A DNA stretch of 64,000 bases, taken from Chrysomallon squamiferum. Taxonomy: Eukaryota > Animalia > Mollusca. How positions within the stretch are numbered: the first letter of the stretch is position 1; every line of letters starts with the position of its first letter. A program made the translations under genes and the position numbers. Location of the stretch: the NCBI GenBank assembly GCA_012295275.1, contig CM022667.1, positions 4,650,001 to 4,714,000 of the forward strand, written 5' to 3'. A model generated the notes under the pieces. That model was not told the origin of the DNA and searched no databases. It saw nothing but the letters and a program-made list of their open reading frames with translations. This document shows, piece by piece, positions 50,752 through 63,988 of the stretch.

Positions 50752-53700
50752 TGTGTGAAGAGAGATACCTGATACTTACTACGTACTGGTCCCTAAATTT
50801 ACAATTATGTTTACACTTGAGATCATGTTTCTGGTGAAGCCAAAGGCTTCTCACTATTAAATAAATTTATAAAAACCATACATCAGTGCTGTTTTAAAAA
50901 CAGAAAATCCTGTTAGAGATAGTCTTATCCAGAACGGTTCAAAGAGCACAATAACAGGAGAAGGCACCACAGTTAGACCTATCTAATTACAAGACTCAGA
51001 TTGTGCAGACTGTTGGGGAATTACAGATAGGGAAGATTCAAAACAGATTAATCAGCCACCACAGTCACAGGAGGACGTTGCCCCCCTTTCTGCGTATGCA
51101 ATAAATAGGTTAATTCTGGTGCAAGAGGTTAGATGGGCAAGGAAGAAAGTAAATAAAATTAAACAAATTAAAAAGGAGATGATAAAGAGAAAGGAAAAAA
51201 AAAAAAAAAAAAAAGTTTTTATAATAGACTGAAATGAAATAAATAAGTCAAAAAGAAAACATTAGTCATACAACTTCATTTTTTCTCTAGTCATATAAAT
51301 CTGTTCAGATACTTTTTAAATCCAGTACCAACATCCTTCATGGAATAATATTTTTATTATTATAAAAATTCAAAATTTTCGAAGCTGAAATCTACTGCCA
51401 ACACTCAATGAACAGACATCAATTATTTTCTCGAACAGTAGTCATGAAGATATGAATCCAGTTTTTAAATTATAGATTTGAGATACATTGTTTAGTGTTG
51501 ATCATTATCATCAAAGGCTGATCTGGATGAAACTGATATGTATTTGGCCACTCAGATACTGTTGCTATGATACAAAACACTGATTCACCTATTCATTCCA
51601 GTTTTCTATACAATAGCAGCATATAAACAACTGTTTGTTACAGAAACAATAAATACAGAAAAACAATGTCAGCATTCATTCGCAAGATGGAACTCAGTAC
51701 ACACAATATTTCAACAGTGACCACTTCTTTGTTTTTTGTTTTTAAATTTAGAACTAAGAGTATCACCTTTTTATTTAGAAAATAAAGATAATTTATTTCT
51801 TTACAGCATCACAAGTCCTGATACAAGCTAAATGACCACCACAATTTAGTAAAAAGAAAAAGCAGAGAAACAACCGATTAACAGAAATTCAGTTATTTTC
51901 AGGGCCTGTAAAAGACAACTTCCAGCCTGCTCTGTACTTAACAATCTGAAACAAATTCTGAAATGTGTTCTACTGGATACAGTGCATCTACATCCTTATT
52001 TCCAAATACATCTTTTAGCAGCATTGATAACATCTTGGCAAAACACCAAAATTTACTTGTATAAAAGATTTATATACAAATTAAAAAAGAAAACAGAAAG
52101 AAAGAAAGAAAGAGGTTATTTTAATATTCAAAAAAATTAGAAAATATTGTTTGATGTTCCAGTTGTTTTATTTATTACTTGACTACCTTATCTGATCACC
52201 AATATAATACAACCCTTAAAATAAACTGTAAATAACTGAATTAAAAATGAATACTTATTTCTTTCCAGTTTTTTTCCCCCCTGTTTATTTCAGACTTTAA
52301 TAATCACAGTTATAACTTTTTTCACGCTTTATTTAAAGTATTTGGTAGCAAACAGATACTTTTCAGCTTTTAAATGATTCATATACATTTAACAATCCAT
52401 TAAATTGTATGATGATGTCAATTTAGATGCTGGTTATCTATACTTACAAGCCGATAAGATTTAATAAGGTGAAACCATCTCTTTGATGTGATTACTCGTT
52501 ATCTACATTTGCACAATTATATGTTATTTAGATTAATTATTAATTATATCCTGACTGCTTTTATCACAACTGAATGATCCATGTTATCAATACAGTGGTT
52601 AATTAAATTGTCTAGTCTGCAGTTTTTAAGGCTACACAAGAGTCTTATCAAAACTTCAACATATTGATAAGCATATTTCTGGGTGTACCAAGCAAAATTA
52701 AATTACAGTGCATGCCTAATATTAGTAATACAAAACTAGTAATTACATAAAAGGCTACTTAAAGAATGAAAAACATCTTTGTCTAACCCACAGAAACTGT
52801 CTGGAACCAATATTTATTTTCAAATATTATATTTTGGCATTAGTTTTACCAAGCAGTGAGCACATATTAATTGAGATAGTGAAGCTGGTCTGCCCTTACA
52901 TTTGGTAAAGGGTAGCATCAACCAAATATTTACTCTTGGAGGTACAGAAAGACGAAGAAAAAAGGATTGAAAACTCTGAATTAGAGCAAGTAATTACTGC
53001 TGAATTATTTGATTTATGAATAAATAATAATATTTTAATTAGTAAAATGATGAGAAAAACAAAAAACAATACCTCTCCTGCATAACTGTATTTAGCTTTT
53101 AGGATGAGTCTGTATAGCCGTGATCTATTTTCATCATCAAATGGCATAGTCCCACTGAGTAGAATATATGTAACAACACCCACAGCCCACATATCCACAA
53201 GACAAGTGTAAGGTTTGCGAGCAAGGACTTCCGGGGCGATATATTCCGGTGTCCCACATGTAGTCCTCATGTAATTATCAGGTCCTTTCCTCATGGCACT
53301 CAGACCAAAGTCTGTTATCATTATCTTGGAATCATGTCCAGGGTGATAATAAAGTAAATTTTCCGGTTTAAGGTCTCTGTGAGTTATTCCTAGTTCGTGG
53401 AGATACTGGACGCCTTCTAGAACCATGTGCAGGACCCTGGTGGCATCCCTCTCCGTGAAACTGCCCTTAGCAATAATCCGATCAAAGAGTTCGCCACCTG
53501 TTGCTAATTCCATGACCATGTACACTTTGTCCGCAGTTTCAAACACCTCAACTAACTGTATGATGTACTGATGCCGAACTCGCCGCAAGACGTTTAACTC
53601 CGCCTCGAAAACTTCTTTACCCTTAATCCTATCAATCATTTTAATGGCGTACGGGTTTTTTGTAACCCTATGTTCCACTCTCACAACTCTACTGAAACTT

Positions 53701-53972
53701 CCTCTTCCTATCAGTGCTTTAATGTCATATTTGGCTGTCACTCGGGGATCGAATTTATCCCTGTATTTCTTCACTTTTTTGTTAGTTCTTGGGACGCCGT
53801 CATTGGCGTTATTTTGTTTCGATGTCTGATGTGCTTTTGGTTGAGTGTGTTTGATGTTCGGATTACCATTTCTAGTGCCAGCACGGTTCTTCGCTTCCGG
53901 CCCGTACACCGTTTCCACTAAATGGGTATTCGGAGGACTCTCCGGTACCAATTTGCTGCTTACGCAGCCCAT
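40688..53972 (-). CDS. PSKH1: Serine/threonine kinase H1 (PSKH1-type, CAMK group), 426 aa. Coding exons 53972-53073 and 41068-40688, separated by a 12.0-kb intron
   Basis: N-terminal MGCVSSK acylation motif. The segment KYRDKFDPRVTAKYDIKALIGRGSFSRVVRVEHR is diagnostic for the family. Intact YAIK, HRDLKPENLLYYHPG, DFG and CGTPEYIAPE. The tail KNLHRTISRNLL...SSKSSKSTRSNKS is PSKH-like. The intron is phase-0 GT-AG. Confidence 0.95.
41061..41790 (-). repeat. Degenerate 60-90-bp tandem array derived from the PSKH1 last-exon acceptor junction
   Basis: On the plus strand, TTCCAGTGCTGAAAA (minus TTTTCAG|CACTGGAA) occurs at 41061 (the real junction), 41187 and 41410. Decayed copies lie near 41127, 41264, 41325, 41485, 41573 and 41660. 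Confidence 0.75.
44130..44170. repeat. (CA)n microsatellite
   Basis: About 20 perfect CA units. Confidence 0.95.
44301..44313 (+). promoter_or_regulatory. DR1-type nuclear receptor element in an enhancer-like island in the PSKH1 intron
   Basis: AGGTCA-A-AGGGCA lies inside a ~250-bp island of higher GC and complexity. Confidence 0.35.
44990..45720. repeat. ~52-55-bp minisatellite, most homogeneous near its right end
   Basis: TGTAAAATACAGGTTTATACAATGTGTTAGAATGCTCTAATTGTATATAATA has an exact 52-bp period at 45513/45565/45617, with diverged copies upstream. Confidence 0.85.
50669..50748. repeat. (GA)n microsatellite
   Basis: About 40 perfect GA units. Confidence 0.95.
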
Positions 53973-54362
53973 AGCGTAGCGAAATGAATTCTATATAACG
54001 TTGACATCCCCTTACATTCTTTTGTGGGGACCAGCATCCAGCGAAATGGTGAAAAAATATCCGAAAGAACGTGCCGTTATTTTTCACTCCACATGGGCTC
54101 ATCCATAGTTTGCCTTTTGCTTCATAAGACTCACTAAACACGCACCTGCTATATACGCGATAAAAAGTAGTTTCCTAAACGAAATAAACATATACTGCTT
54201 TATAAACACAAAATAAAATTATTATTATTGCATTATTATTCATAAATCACAGCATTTTCTGTCATGAAAAATAGAAATGTAATTTTGACAAATATTTTAA
54301 TGTAGGACACAAATGGCGTATAAATATATAAATATAAACAAGGAAAAGTGACTGTGTCAAAA

Positions 54363-54383
54363 GGTCACGTGAACGTGACGTCA
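54363..54383. promoter_or_regulatory. Composite E-box (GGTCACGTGA, USF/TFEB-MITF type) plus full CRE (TGACGTCA) upstream of the PSKH1 CDS
   Basis: Two perfect consensus sites 3 bp apart, about 390 bp upstream of the ATG. Confidence 0.55.
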
Positions 54384-54848
54384 TGAGTTGTTATAACAAC
54401 TCTACGTGGGCTTCAAACTATCATTACATACGATGTAGGTAAACAAGTTAAAATATTAACTAATGAAAAAATATCTGTAAATTCACATCATGAATTTATT
54501 GTCTTTCTTTCACGAGAAAATAATCCACAGGTTTGTTGTTGTGTTTGTTTTAAACTGGATATATATAAACTTTACATTATTTCCGCTGTTAAATTAATTG
54601 GTGAAAACTGTTTTTAAATACTTATTCTAAACGCAACTAAAAATATAAGCACTAACGTAAGATTTGTTGTCTGGATTTACCTCGTCCAAAAGACTATTTT
54701 AGACATAAGAATAAGGGGGAAATAAATAAAATTCAGAATATACATGATGAACAACAAAACAAAACTAAATAAGTAAATAAATAAATAAATTCATACATAC
54801 ATAGATACATACATAAAATTAATTAATTAAAAATGTAATAAAGGAAAA

Positions 54849-54879
<31 letters not shown>

Positions 54880-56119
54880 AAATTTATTAATTTATTTAAA
54901 AAATTATTTTTATTTATTTTAATTTAATTTTATTTATTTATTTATTTTAAAAATAATTTTTATTTATTTTAATTTTATTTTATTTATTTATTTTTAAAAT
55001 TATTTACCAAATTAAAGAAAAACTTGTTGCCTGAAATCTCTTTCTGAATATAAATAAGAGATATCCATAATACGGAGACAGCTGGAAATTCCTTCTTTCA
55101 TGTGATCACTGCAGAAGAAAAACGGTTGGCTCTTATCAAATTATTATTAAATATCTAAAGCTGTCGTTATCAAAAACTTGTATATTTACTAAAATCAGCG
55201 AACAGACTGCAGTTCGATAGCTCGCGAGCATAAAGACCATAATTATTCAAAAACTAATTTTACTCGATGCGTCCATCATTTGAATTCAGAATTTCAGAAA
55301 CGAAGGACGTCTGCATTGTAATGAAAATAAATTTTAAACATAACTTGCAAAACCGTAGGAAATAAAATTCGCTGAGATGTCGTGTAAATAAATATTAATT
55401 ACTAAAACACGACCAATGAATAATTTTAAAAATGACAAAAAACAAGTACAAAATTAAAGTTTTAAGCAGGTGCTGGATAGGTCACTTTTAAATTTTAAGT
55501 ATATTAAGAACCATCAAATGGGAACACTAGGGTATACATCAAGCCGTATATATTTATCTTAAATGGTGATATGGGTTTTCTTGTCCTGAGAAAGATAAAT
55601 CAAATGACATAAATGAAGATTAGTATTGTTTATGACAGCCGATTTCTTCTGCGTGTATCAGTTACAAATGACATCAGATCTCGTTTGATAACACACGCAG
55701 CGTTAATACAGACCCTGTAATAAAATGTCTAACAACTGAAATAGCTGAACTGTGATATGATCGTTATTGGTCAAGGATCATCGGTATTTAGATCTCCGGA
55801 CTATTTTTTATTCAGATCACTGACTCGGAATAGTTTTATTAAAACCGATGGTATGTAGAGTTGTATTGTTATTATAAAGGAGAATGGTTTGCTGAGAACG
55901 GCGATTTTTTTTTTTTTTTTTTTCTTTCTTAATATTTATGATTATTGTTATTTTGGACAATAGCGCTCATGTAGTAATTTTAATTATGCAAATCATAAAC
56001 TCTGAATAAGGCACCTTGCTGTCTTTGTGAACAATCATTTTTTCTACTTTACAAGTTTGCACACATTCAGAATCTGTATTTATATTAGCACTGTGGGTCC
56101 CCTCTTGGGAGTAGCCATA

Positions 56120-56122
<3 letters not shown>

Positions 56123-56154
<32 letters not shown>
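56123..56154. repeat. (TG)n microsatellite
   Basis: About 16 TG units. Confidence 0.9.
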
Positions 56155-56155
<1 letters not shown>

Positions 56156-58325
56156 AATGGGCAAAATACAAAAACGCATTAATTTATTATTGTAGAAAGA
56201 AATTAAAATCGGAGTTTCTGGGAAACGAATGCAATAAAATAAATAAATGGTATAATAATAATAAAATAATAATAATAATAGTAATAATAATAATAATAAT
56301 AATGTGATAAAATCACAAATAAAAATGGATATTGTATTTCTTCTTTTTCTAAGAAAACTCTATTTGGTATTTGTCTTCGTCAAAATAATTGTTTTACCTG
56401 CCGATATGATGATCTAATGAAAAAAAAAAAAAAAAAAATTTTTTATTTGAAAAACGAAAGTATTTTTATGTCTAAAATCACATCAGAATTATTGTGAAAA
56501 ATCAGTCAAAGTGATTATATTCTCATTAGACTTATAATAAGTATTGTTATACTTCATTATTATCGAGGCTTTATTACAAACAACGAACAGAAGTATTGAA
56601 AATTATATTTAGTCCAACAAAAGTTCACTGTAACATATAAATCCTTTAATTCGGCACACCTAGTCATATCCCGATTACCAAACAACCGCACATCTGTGTG
56701 TGCAACATTTATCATTAAATTTGATTTATTTATAATTTTTATTATTCACCTTGTCGTCGGACACCATCAATGACTGAATCACACAGATATCCTTTATGCA
56801 TTTTATATTCCACACCCAAGAAATAACCATTATTCAGTCTATCTAAATTTTAACCTCAAAGGTTATTGACTTTCTTTTTTTTGTAAATAACGTATTCTTC
56901 TTGCCCCCCAGTCTTCCCACCTCTGAGTCAGTTGTTTATATACAGATCCGGCAGAGGTCGATGCTTGTAAAAGAAGATAGAGCGTAAGAAAGTAGTATTT
57001 AGAACGTCGAGGGGGTCTATGAACAGATGTACCCGCAGACAACCCGTTCCCGAGACAAACGAGTCTTTGTGCTGGTGTTCTATTCTTGCCACACTCCTCT
57101 ACAAAATAAGAATATGGCGCTAAATATAGGTTGTTTATAATAGGAATCATCGTTCTGAAGGGTCGTAGCGTGTATATTCCTCGAAAAAGTTCGAAGTCAT
57201 TAAAGTGTTTTCAAACTTGCGGTTGAATAGAGCTTCTATTTGACTCGCAGTCGTTAATGTTAATATTATTTATATTTTTTTTGTTGGTATTCATATGTAA
57301 CTTTTTTTACCTGTAGCTGTTTACTCCAGTAGTCTTTCCTCCAAATAATATATATTATTAAAATAAAAAACATCGTCATGCAAATGAAATTGAGCGCAGA
57401 TATTTAGTTATTTAAAAAATAATTTTCGCCAGTAAAATAAAAATAAATATTGCTTACTCATTATTATCTTAATTGCTTTAAATTCGCATACGTTATTCAT
57501 ACTGTTAAATCAACATATTAACACATCGAAATTTCATGAGTATTACTTCTGCAGTACAATATACTCTCCACACCCACCCCCCAAAGAGAAAGGAAAATAA
57601 GAATATTTAAAACAGAAAATAATAAATTTTTATTTTCCAATTATTAAAACAAGTTGGTCTTGCATTTTTGGGTGTGATAATATTTTAAAGATTCAGCATA
57701 TCAAGGTAAAAATAAATATAAAACATTCATTATGTACAGTCACATATTTATTTAACTTGTGTTTGTTTCTCCCTCATTCTCTTAGTCTTTCTGATGAACT
57801 GTTAATTCACAGAAGAATTTTGAAAATCCTTTTAAGGAGAATCTGACTGTACAGCTTACATGGTACAGTTGCTGACAAAGACTGAGCTGTTTTCATTTTT
57901 TAAATTCCTTTTTATACAAAAATTAAAAGATATTTTCATTTGCTTGCATTACAGCAGTACCAAGTTTGACTACAGTTAAATATTAACTGAATCTAGAGAA
58001 GTAGTATGGATAACAGATATCATTACTATCTTTAGTTTCAATTAGGACATGAGTCTACATTTTCTGAAATTAATTTTTACAGACTTTGTAGTTTGCATTA
58101 TAAAATTCTTCCGTAGTACTTCATGTATCTCCATGTGTAAAACAGAACTCGTTTAAAGGTCACCTGACATTTATAACTATTTGTTTAGAAAATAATATCA
58201 CAGTCCAGTTGAGTTATACATTGTAATATTAACTGAAATATTATTTTCTATAGCCATTTTTTTGTAGGGTGACTCTGTACCTTCCATGGTGACATGTTGT
58301 CTAGTACTTAACATTAATGGATATT

Positions 58326-61300
58326 TCAATAAGGAGTTCCCTTTTTGGGTGATTTCTTCTTTGTCTTCATTTTACTCTGGAAAAATACAAGATGAAAAAT
58401 GCATATACAAAAAAATAAAAATAAATAAATAAAATAATATAATTAAAAAAAATAAATAAAGGGAAAATAAACTGAAATATTATTATCCTTGAATTGAAAC
58501 AAGTAATAATAATAGAAAATTAAATTTCATTTCAATATAAATTTGATGGGTTTTTTTAATTGTTTTCTTATTTTCATTTAACTGAAAAGCTGTTAAGGGA
58601 GATTACTCTACCATATTAACTGTTTTTTCTATCTGGCCAATAATAGACCACAGACACAAGAGTGAATCTTCTCCTCCTGTTATCATTTTCTCCATCTACA
58701 AATACACAGAGAAATATAAACAATGAAACAACAATGGTGATTTTTATATTATACACAAACAATGCTTCCAAGAAAGATATAAAAAGAAAAGAAAAAATGT
58801 ATTACTAAAAAAAAAAAAAATAAAGAAACTGGTCATGATTGTGCTCTTGATTTCCTTTTTCTCTTACAAAAATGTACCATGTAATTTATATCCCAGAAAT
58901 ATTTAAAAAAAAATAATAACAAACTGTTAGATAAAATAACTTGTCTAATGATTTGTGATAAAATTATAAGCAAAAATTTGGCAGTTTTAGAATCCAGTCA
59001 TCTGGTTTTGTTTACATTTCTGTACACATTTTAACATCATAAATTAACAACAAAAATATTTATAGCTAAAAAAAAAAAAAAAAAAATGATAAAATTTATT
59101 TAGGTTCTATGTTTTTAATCATCTTAGGATACAACTTTATATCAGCAATATATTTAATACTTTTAATAATTTACTTTAAAAAAAAATAAAAAAATAAATA
59201 CAACTTCATGAAATTCAGTGTGATTTACCTGTGAATTCCAGTAACAGCATCGGATTCGATCTCGGTGACCTCCAGCTAGTGATGTCACTATTTTAATTTC
59301 ATCTTGTGACACATCCAATACACGTACTACTCCACTATTGTCAGAAAATTAAATATAGAAATAAATTAAAATTTTATAATTGTAAAAAAGAAGCAAATTA
59401 TTTATGTTACTTATTTTTCAAAGTGATAATCAACAAATCAAATTTTTAAAATATTATGCTATTTGACATATACTTATAACAAAATAAAAAATATTTTTCT
59501 CACATCTTTTAAAATACTTGTTATATTATTATTTTAAAAAGAAAGAAAGCAAAAAGATAGTCTTTGACATAAATGTGTCAATGAAATCCATATTATCATA
59601 GAAATAATAATCAGAAGATGTACTTGAACAGAAAATACTGGGTTGGAACAAAAATGTATAGCATGTGATGTTTGAGCATGTGATTTCATTTTGTACATGA
59701 TTGAAATATATATATATAAATGTTGTTTTTGAATTCCTCTTAAACACTATAAACATTAGTTTCTATCAAATAAATATCTCTCTCTCTTTCCTCACACACT
59801 CTTGTCAGTGAACAAACACAGAAGGAAGGTTACAAACCTGTGTGTTCCAGCAACAAGCAATGGAACAGGATCAGAGTCAATTATAAAACAGTCAACAAGG
59901 TAGTCAACTGAATTGTCTTCCTGTGAGCAAAGAAACATATAAATTACTATGTTTGAAAATGATAATATATAAACTGATATTCAGACAAACTACAAATTCA
60001 GTTTTGCATTTAAATCTATCTGAAGACAATATTAAATATTTTATAAAGTTCATTAAAAGGAAGACACTTGCAAAGTTCATAATCTTTCACCTATATATTA
60101 TTTTTTATGTTTTTCTCTCACTGTTCAAAAACAAATACAAAAAAAATGAAAAAGAGTTTAAAAAATATAAACAAAATAATATAAAAAGCAGAATAATAAT
60201 TGTACATACCAACAAAATGTCTTTGATGTCTTTTCTGCTCTGTATACAGTCACCCTGAAAATTTAAACATAAAGATTTATTGTACCTGCAATTAAAGTTT
60301 TATAGTTAACATTTTTCATCAAATCTGAGATACTAGGACTATAACTCATTAATGTAATTAAACTGAATTAATAAAAACTGTAGTGATTTTTAACAGAAGA
60401 TATAAGGTACTAACTTCAGTAGCCTCCCAAATGTGGAAAGTTCCAATGTCTGTCAGACAGTAAACAGAACCAAAGTCACGACCACACCAACCTATCCTGT
60501 CCTGAAAAAAAAAAAAAAAATAAAAAAAAAAAATAAAAAGAAAGAAAAAATGATGAAAAATTAAAATTTAAAATAAACATTTCAAATATAAAAATATAAT
60601 TAGAAATAAATAGACACAATACTTCAAAACTGTAAGACAAGAAAATTGTTATATATTACTCCATCCTTTACTAACAATAAAGTTTAAAAATAGTTAAACC
60701 TAATTATAATTAATATTCAATCATTAGATTATTATAATAAAAAAATTTCTTTTAAATTCTGCTCTTCAGAAAATATATATGTCAGAAATTCACTGATATT
60801 AATCCAACGCGCATAAAAAAAAAAAAAAGGTAAAACAGATCAAAATTTAATCATCATCACAACAGTAAATTAAAGCCTTTGTTTACAAATATTTACGTGA
60901 GTTTGTGTGTGAGTACTGTGTAGTTATTCAAATACTCACCACAGATGATTCAGCATTCAGAGTCATCAACAGTGCATCATCCTCTGATGTTTCATTCAAG
61001 TCAAACAGACAAACCAGCCCGTCTGTTGAACTGGTTGACAGACACTCTGCTTTTGATGGATGGAAACAGACCTAAAGTGTGTGTATAAATAAATATATAT
61101 ATTATAAATAACTAACATCTATATTATGACATAGATAATTGCTATATATTTTTTTTTTATCTATATATAAAGTTACTTCTTTAGTGTTTAAATGCTGCTT
61201 TAGATTTTAAATATTCATTTTGAATAAATAGTTGTTACTGAAGAGTTGTTTTGTTTGGATGTACAGCGAAAATGAATCTCCTGATGTTGGTCAGTTGAAA

Positions 61301-61505
61301 AATAGAACAGTTAAACTAATTTAGTTGTTATATTACTTAGGATTGCAAGGATAAAATAAACAACAGGTTTCTATTTTAAGATATCAGCTTTATCCACAAA
61401 GATAAAAATTATCCAGACAGTTTGAACTGTGACAGTAAGAAGTTATTGGCCACACACACACAAACACACACACGTACATATATATATATACACACACACA
61501 CAAAC

Positions 61506-61542
<37 letters not shown>

Positions 61543-61557
61543 AACACACACATGTAC

Positions 61558-61592
<35 letters not shown>

Positions 61593-63162
61593 AACACATG
61601 TACATATACATATATATATATATATACACACACACGACACACAAAACAGAAAAAAAGATAAAAAAAACTGGAATAAGACAAAACATAATGAATTACTGCA
61701 GATTTGAAAACTCCACTAACTAAAACTAATATTTTATGAAACACATTAAACCCTGCTGAATCTGAATAATTATTGATTATTTATCTAGAAATAAAATAAA
61801 ATACTTTGAATTATTGAAATTTAACAAACTTAATTTTTCTGTTAACTAAGTCTTTCAAGAGTTTTTATCCAGCAAGCTCTCTTTATTTGATACTATGTAT
61901 TTGTATGTCTATGCGTATGTATGTATCTGAAGCAAGAAAATATAGCAACCATTCATTCTAATTTCTGAAATAATTATTAGCTTGACCTCTGACCTGTGTG
62001 ATGTCATCTTGGTGGGATTCACTGTAACTTCCTAACAAGGACGTTTTTCTCCGATCCCTGAAAAGTAACAAAACTAAATATAAGAAAACAAAAATAAATA
62101 TTTTAATTTAAAACCTTAGCAAATTTAACTGTTAATAATTAATAGGTGTAATATTTTATTTTATAACAACAATGTTTATTTGGGGTAGATGGCAAACATC
62201 ATGCCATGAGCCTATTTTTGCACTAACACACAGACATGTATATAAATACATACATATACATATATGAATTTCAAATCCATGAGTAATATTTAATACATCA
62301 GCTGTGGGATCTGTCTGGAATGGGAAATTGCCCAACAGTTAATTAAGACCATTTTTTTTTCACATTCAAAGACAATTTAATACAGAAAATCATGAGAAAA
62401 ATAACTGAAAAAAAAAAGAAAGATAAATCACAAATCAGAAATTTAAACAAAGAAGAATGAATGATAAACAACAAACCAGAACAAAACGTGAACATCGTCT
62501 TCAGCTTCCTCTGTGCCTGCGCACACCAGTCTGTCGCTGGAATTGACATCAACACTCGTAAACACGTTAGACAGTTTGTCATGACCTGGTTGATATAAAA
62601 ACAAAACAACAACAAAATTACTGAAAACAAAGAGAGTAAATGTGAGCTTGTGCCTAACAAAAATGCAAAATATTTTTTACAAACGAAGGAAATAAATTGT
62701 AATTATTTATTATTGTAACTTGTAATTCCGTTTGAGTTCAGCCTAATATTTCATAACTTGGCACAAAACATGCTCAGTGCACTGCCTAAGAGTTTATACT
62801 TTACCAAAACACTTTCTCCTTTGTTCAAAGTGGATCTCCACTAAGTAAAAACATTCACATCATCTTTAATTATGTTTAGTTGCCATTCACCCAATTACCA
62901 AGTATATATTACCAAGATATATTAAGTAATAATTCTAATAAATCTCTTCATACTGGTATTTTTATGTTTCCTTTTCATTTGTTTTTTTGTGTGTGTTGGT
63001 TAACTGTCTGTTTTGGAATTGGGAATTTGTATTTAAATATTATCAAATTATCTAATACAAATCTTTACCTTGAAATGTTTGAACTTCTTTGCTGTAGCCT
63101 GTACGTAAATCCCAGCATCTACAACAACAGCAGCAATTTTTAATTTTTAAAATTATGTAGCA

Positions 63163-63201
<39 letters not shown>

Positions 63202-63988
63202 AAAGTAATAATAAATAAATAAATAATTAAAATATTTCAGTACACAAAAAAAAAAAAAAATTAATCATCTGTTATTATTTTTTAACATTTATTTTCAAAC
63301 AAAATATTAATAATAATTAAAATATTTGTTTTTTTTTACATATTATACAGTTACTTAATGAAATATAATTTCTGATTTAATGAATAAAACTTTTTGTTTC
63401 ATTAAATATAAATTTTCTACTTCAATGAACATTATTTTTGTTTTATATAGTTTAAACATATCCAAATAATTTTTATTATTATTATTATTTTTTGTCTTCA
63501 TATACTAAACTTTTGAGTATATAATGTTTCATGATTTTTAAAGAATCACTTTTACACACACACACCTAACAGTCTGATCATGTGATGAAGAAAACAGGAG
63601 ATTGGGCTGTCCTTTTGCAAAAGCTACTCCTGATACAACATCAGTGTGTCCTGAAATAAAATTACTAATATTTTTGCAGAAATGTATACCAGTATATCTA
63701 GAAATAAAATATATCCTCAAATCATATCTATTTGTTTACCATTTTTATTTTTATTTTTTTAAATAAAAAAATCAACACAGATATTTTATACCATTTTGGA
63801 TTGTAATAAAATTTGACAAGGGTGTCCTGAATTAAACTTATTTAATACTGGTATGTCCTGAAATATAATCAAGAAGACTTGAAGGCGACAGACCTTTGAT
63901 TGCCCCAGTGTTTGCAAGACTGGACTGTGTAAAGATTCGAATGTTGTAATCACTGCTTGTAGCTGCAATCAGCTCACTGCCATTTTGT
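58326..63988 (-). CDS. WDR89: WD repeat-containing protein 89, 5'-partial. Exons 63988-63894, 63650-63566, 63118-63069, 62585-62477, 62057-61994, 61071-60940, 60501-60415, 60254-60210, 59920-59838, 59334-59229, 58695-58612 (or 58621), 58376-58326
   Basis: WD40 repeats (GHTDVVSGV...SSSHDQTVRCWDLR). WDR89-typical segments: VCAGTE...VLFWDRR, LLGSYSESHQDDITQVCFHP...STDGLVCLFDL....EDDAL..TLN.ESSV.RIGW, DYLVDC, GGHRDRIRC, ITGGEDSLLCLW. Phases are consistent. Confidence 0.9.
61451..61640. repeat. Compound (CA)n/(TA)n microsatellite in a WDR89 intron
   Basis: Alternating CA and TA blocks; these generate the spurious ORFs at 61390-61744. Confidence 0.95.

Noticed and set aside
41800-52890. Nested protein-coding gene or autonomous transposon in the PSKH1 intron
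   Set aside because: Only short low-complexity ORFs are present, with no transposase or reverse-transcriptase motifs and no consistent exon chain.
54770-55010. Apparent long inverted repeat
   Set aside because: It is low-complexity (AAAT)n facing (TTTA)n, with no terminal repeats or target-site duplication.
56863-57150. 95-aa minus-strand ORF
   Set aside because: No recognisable homology or exon-like boundaries. Treated as non-coding.
61390-61744. Cluster of five ORFs on both strands
   Set aside because: They are products of the compound CA/TA microsatellite.
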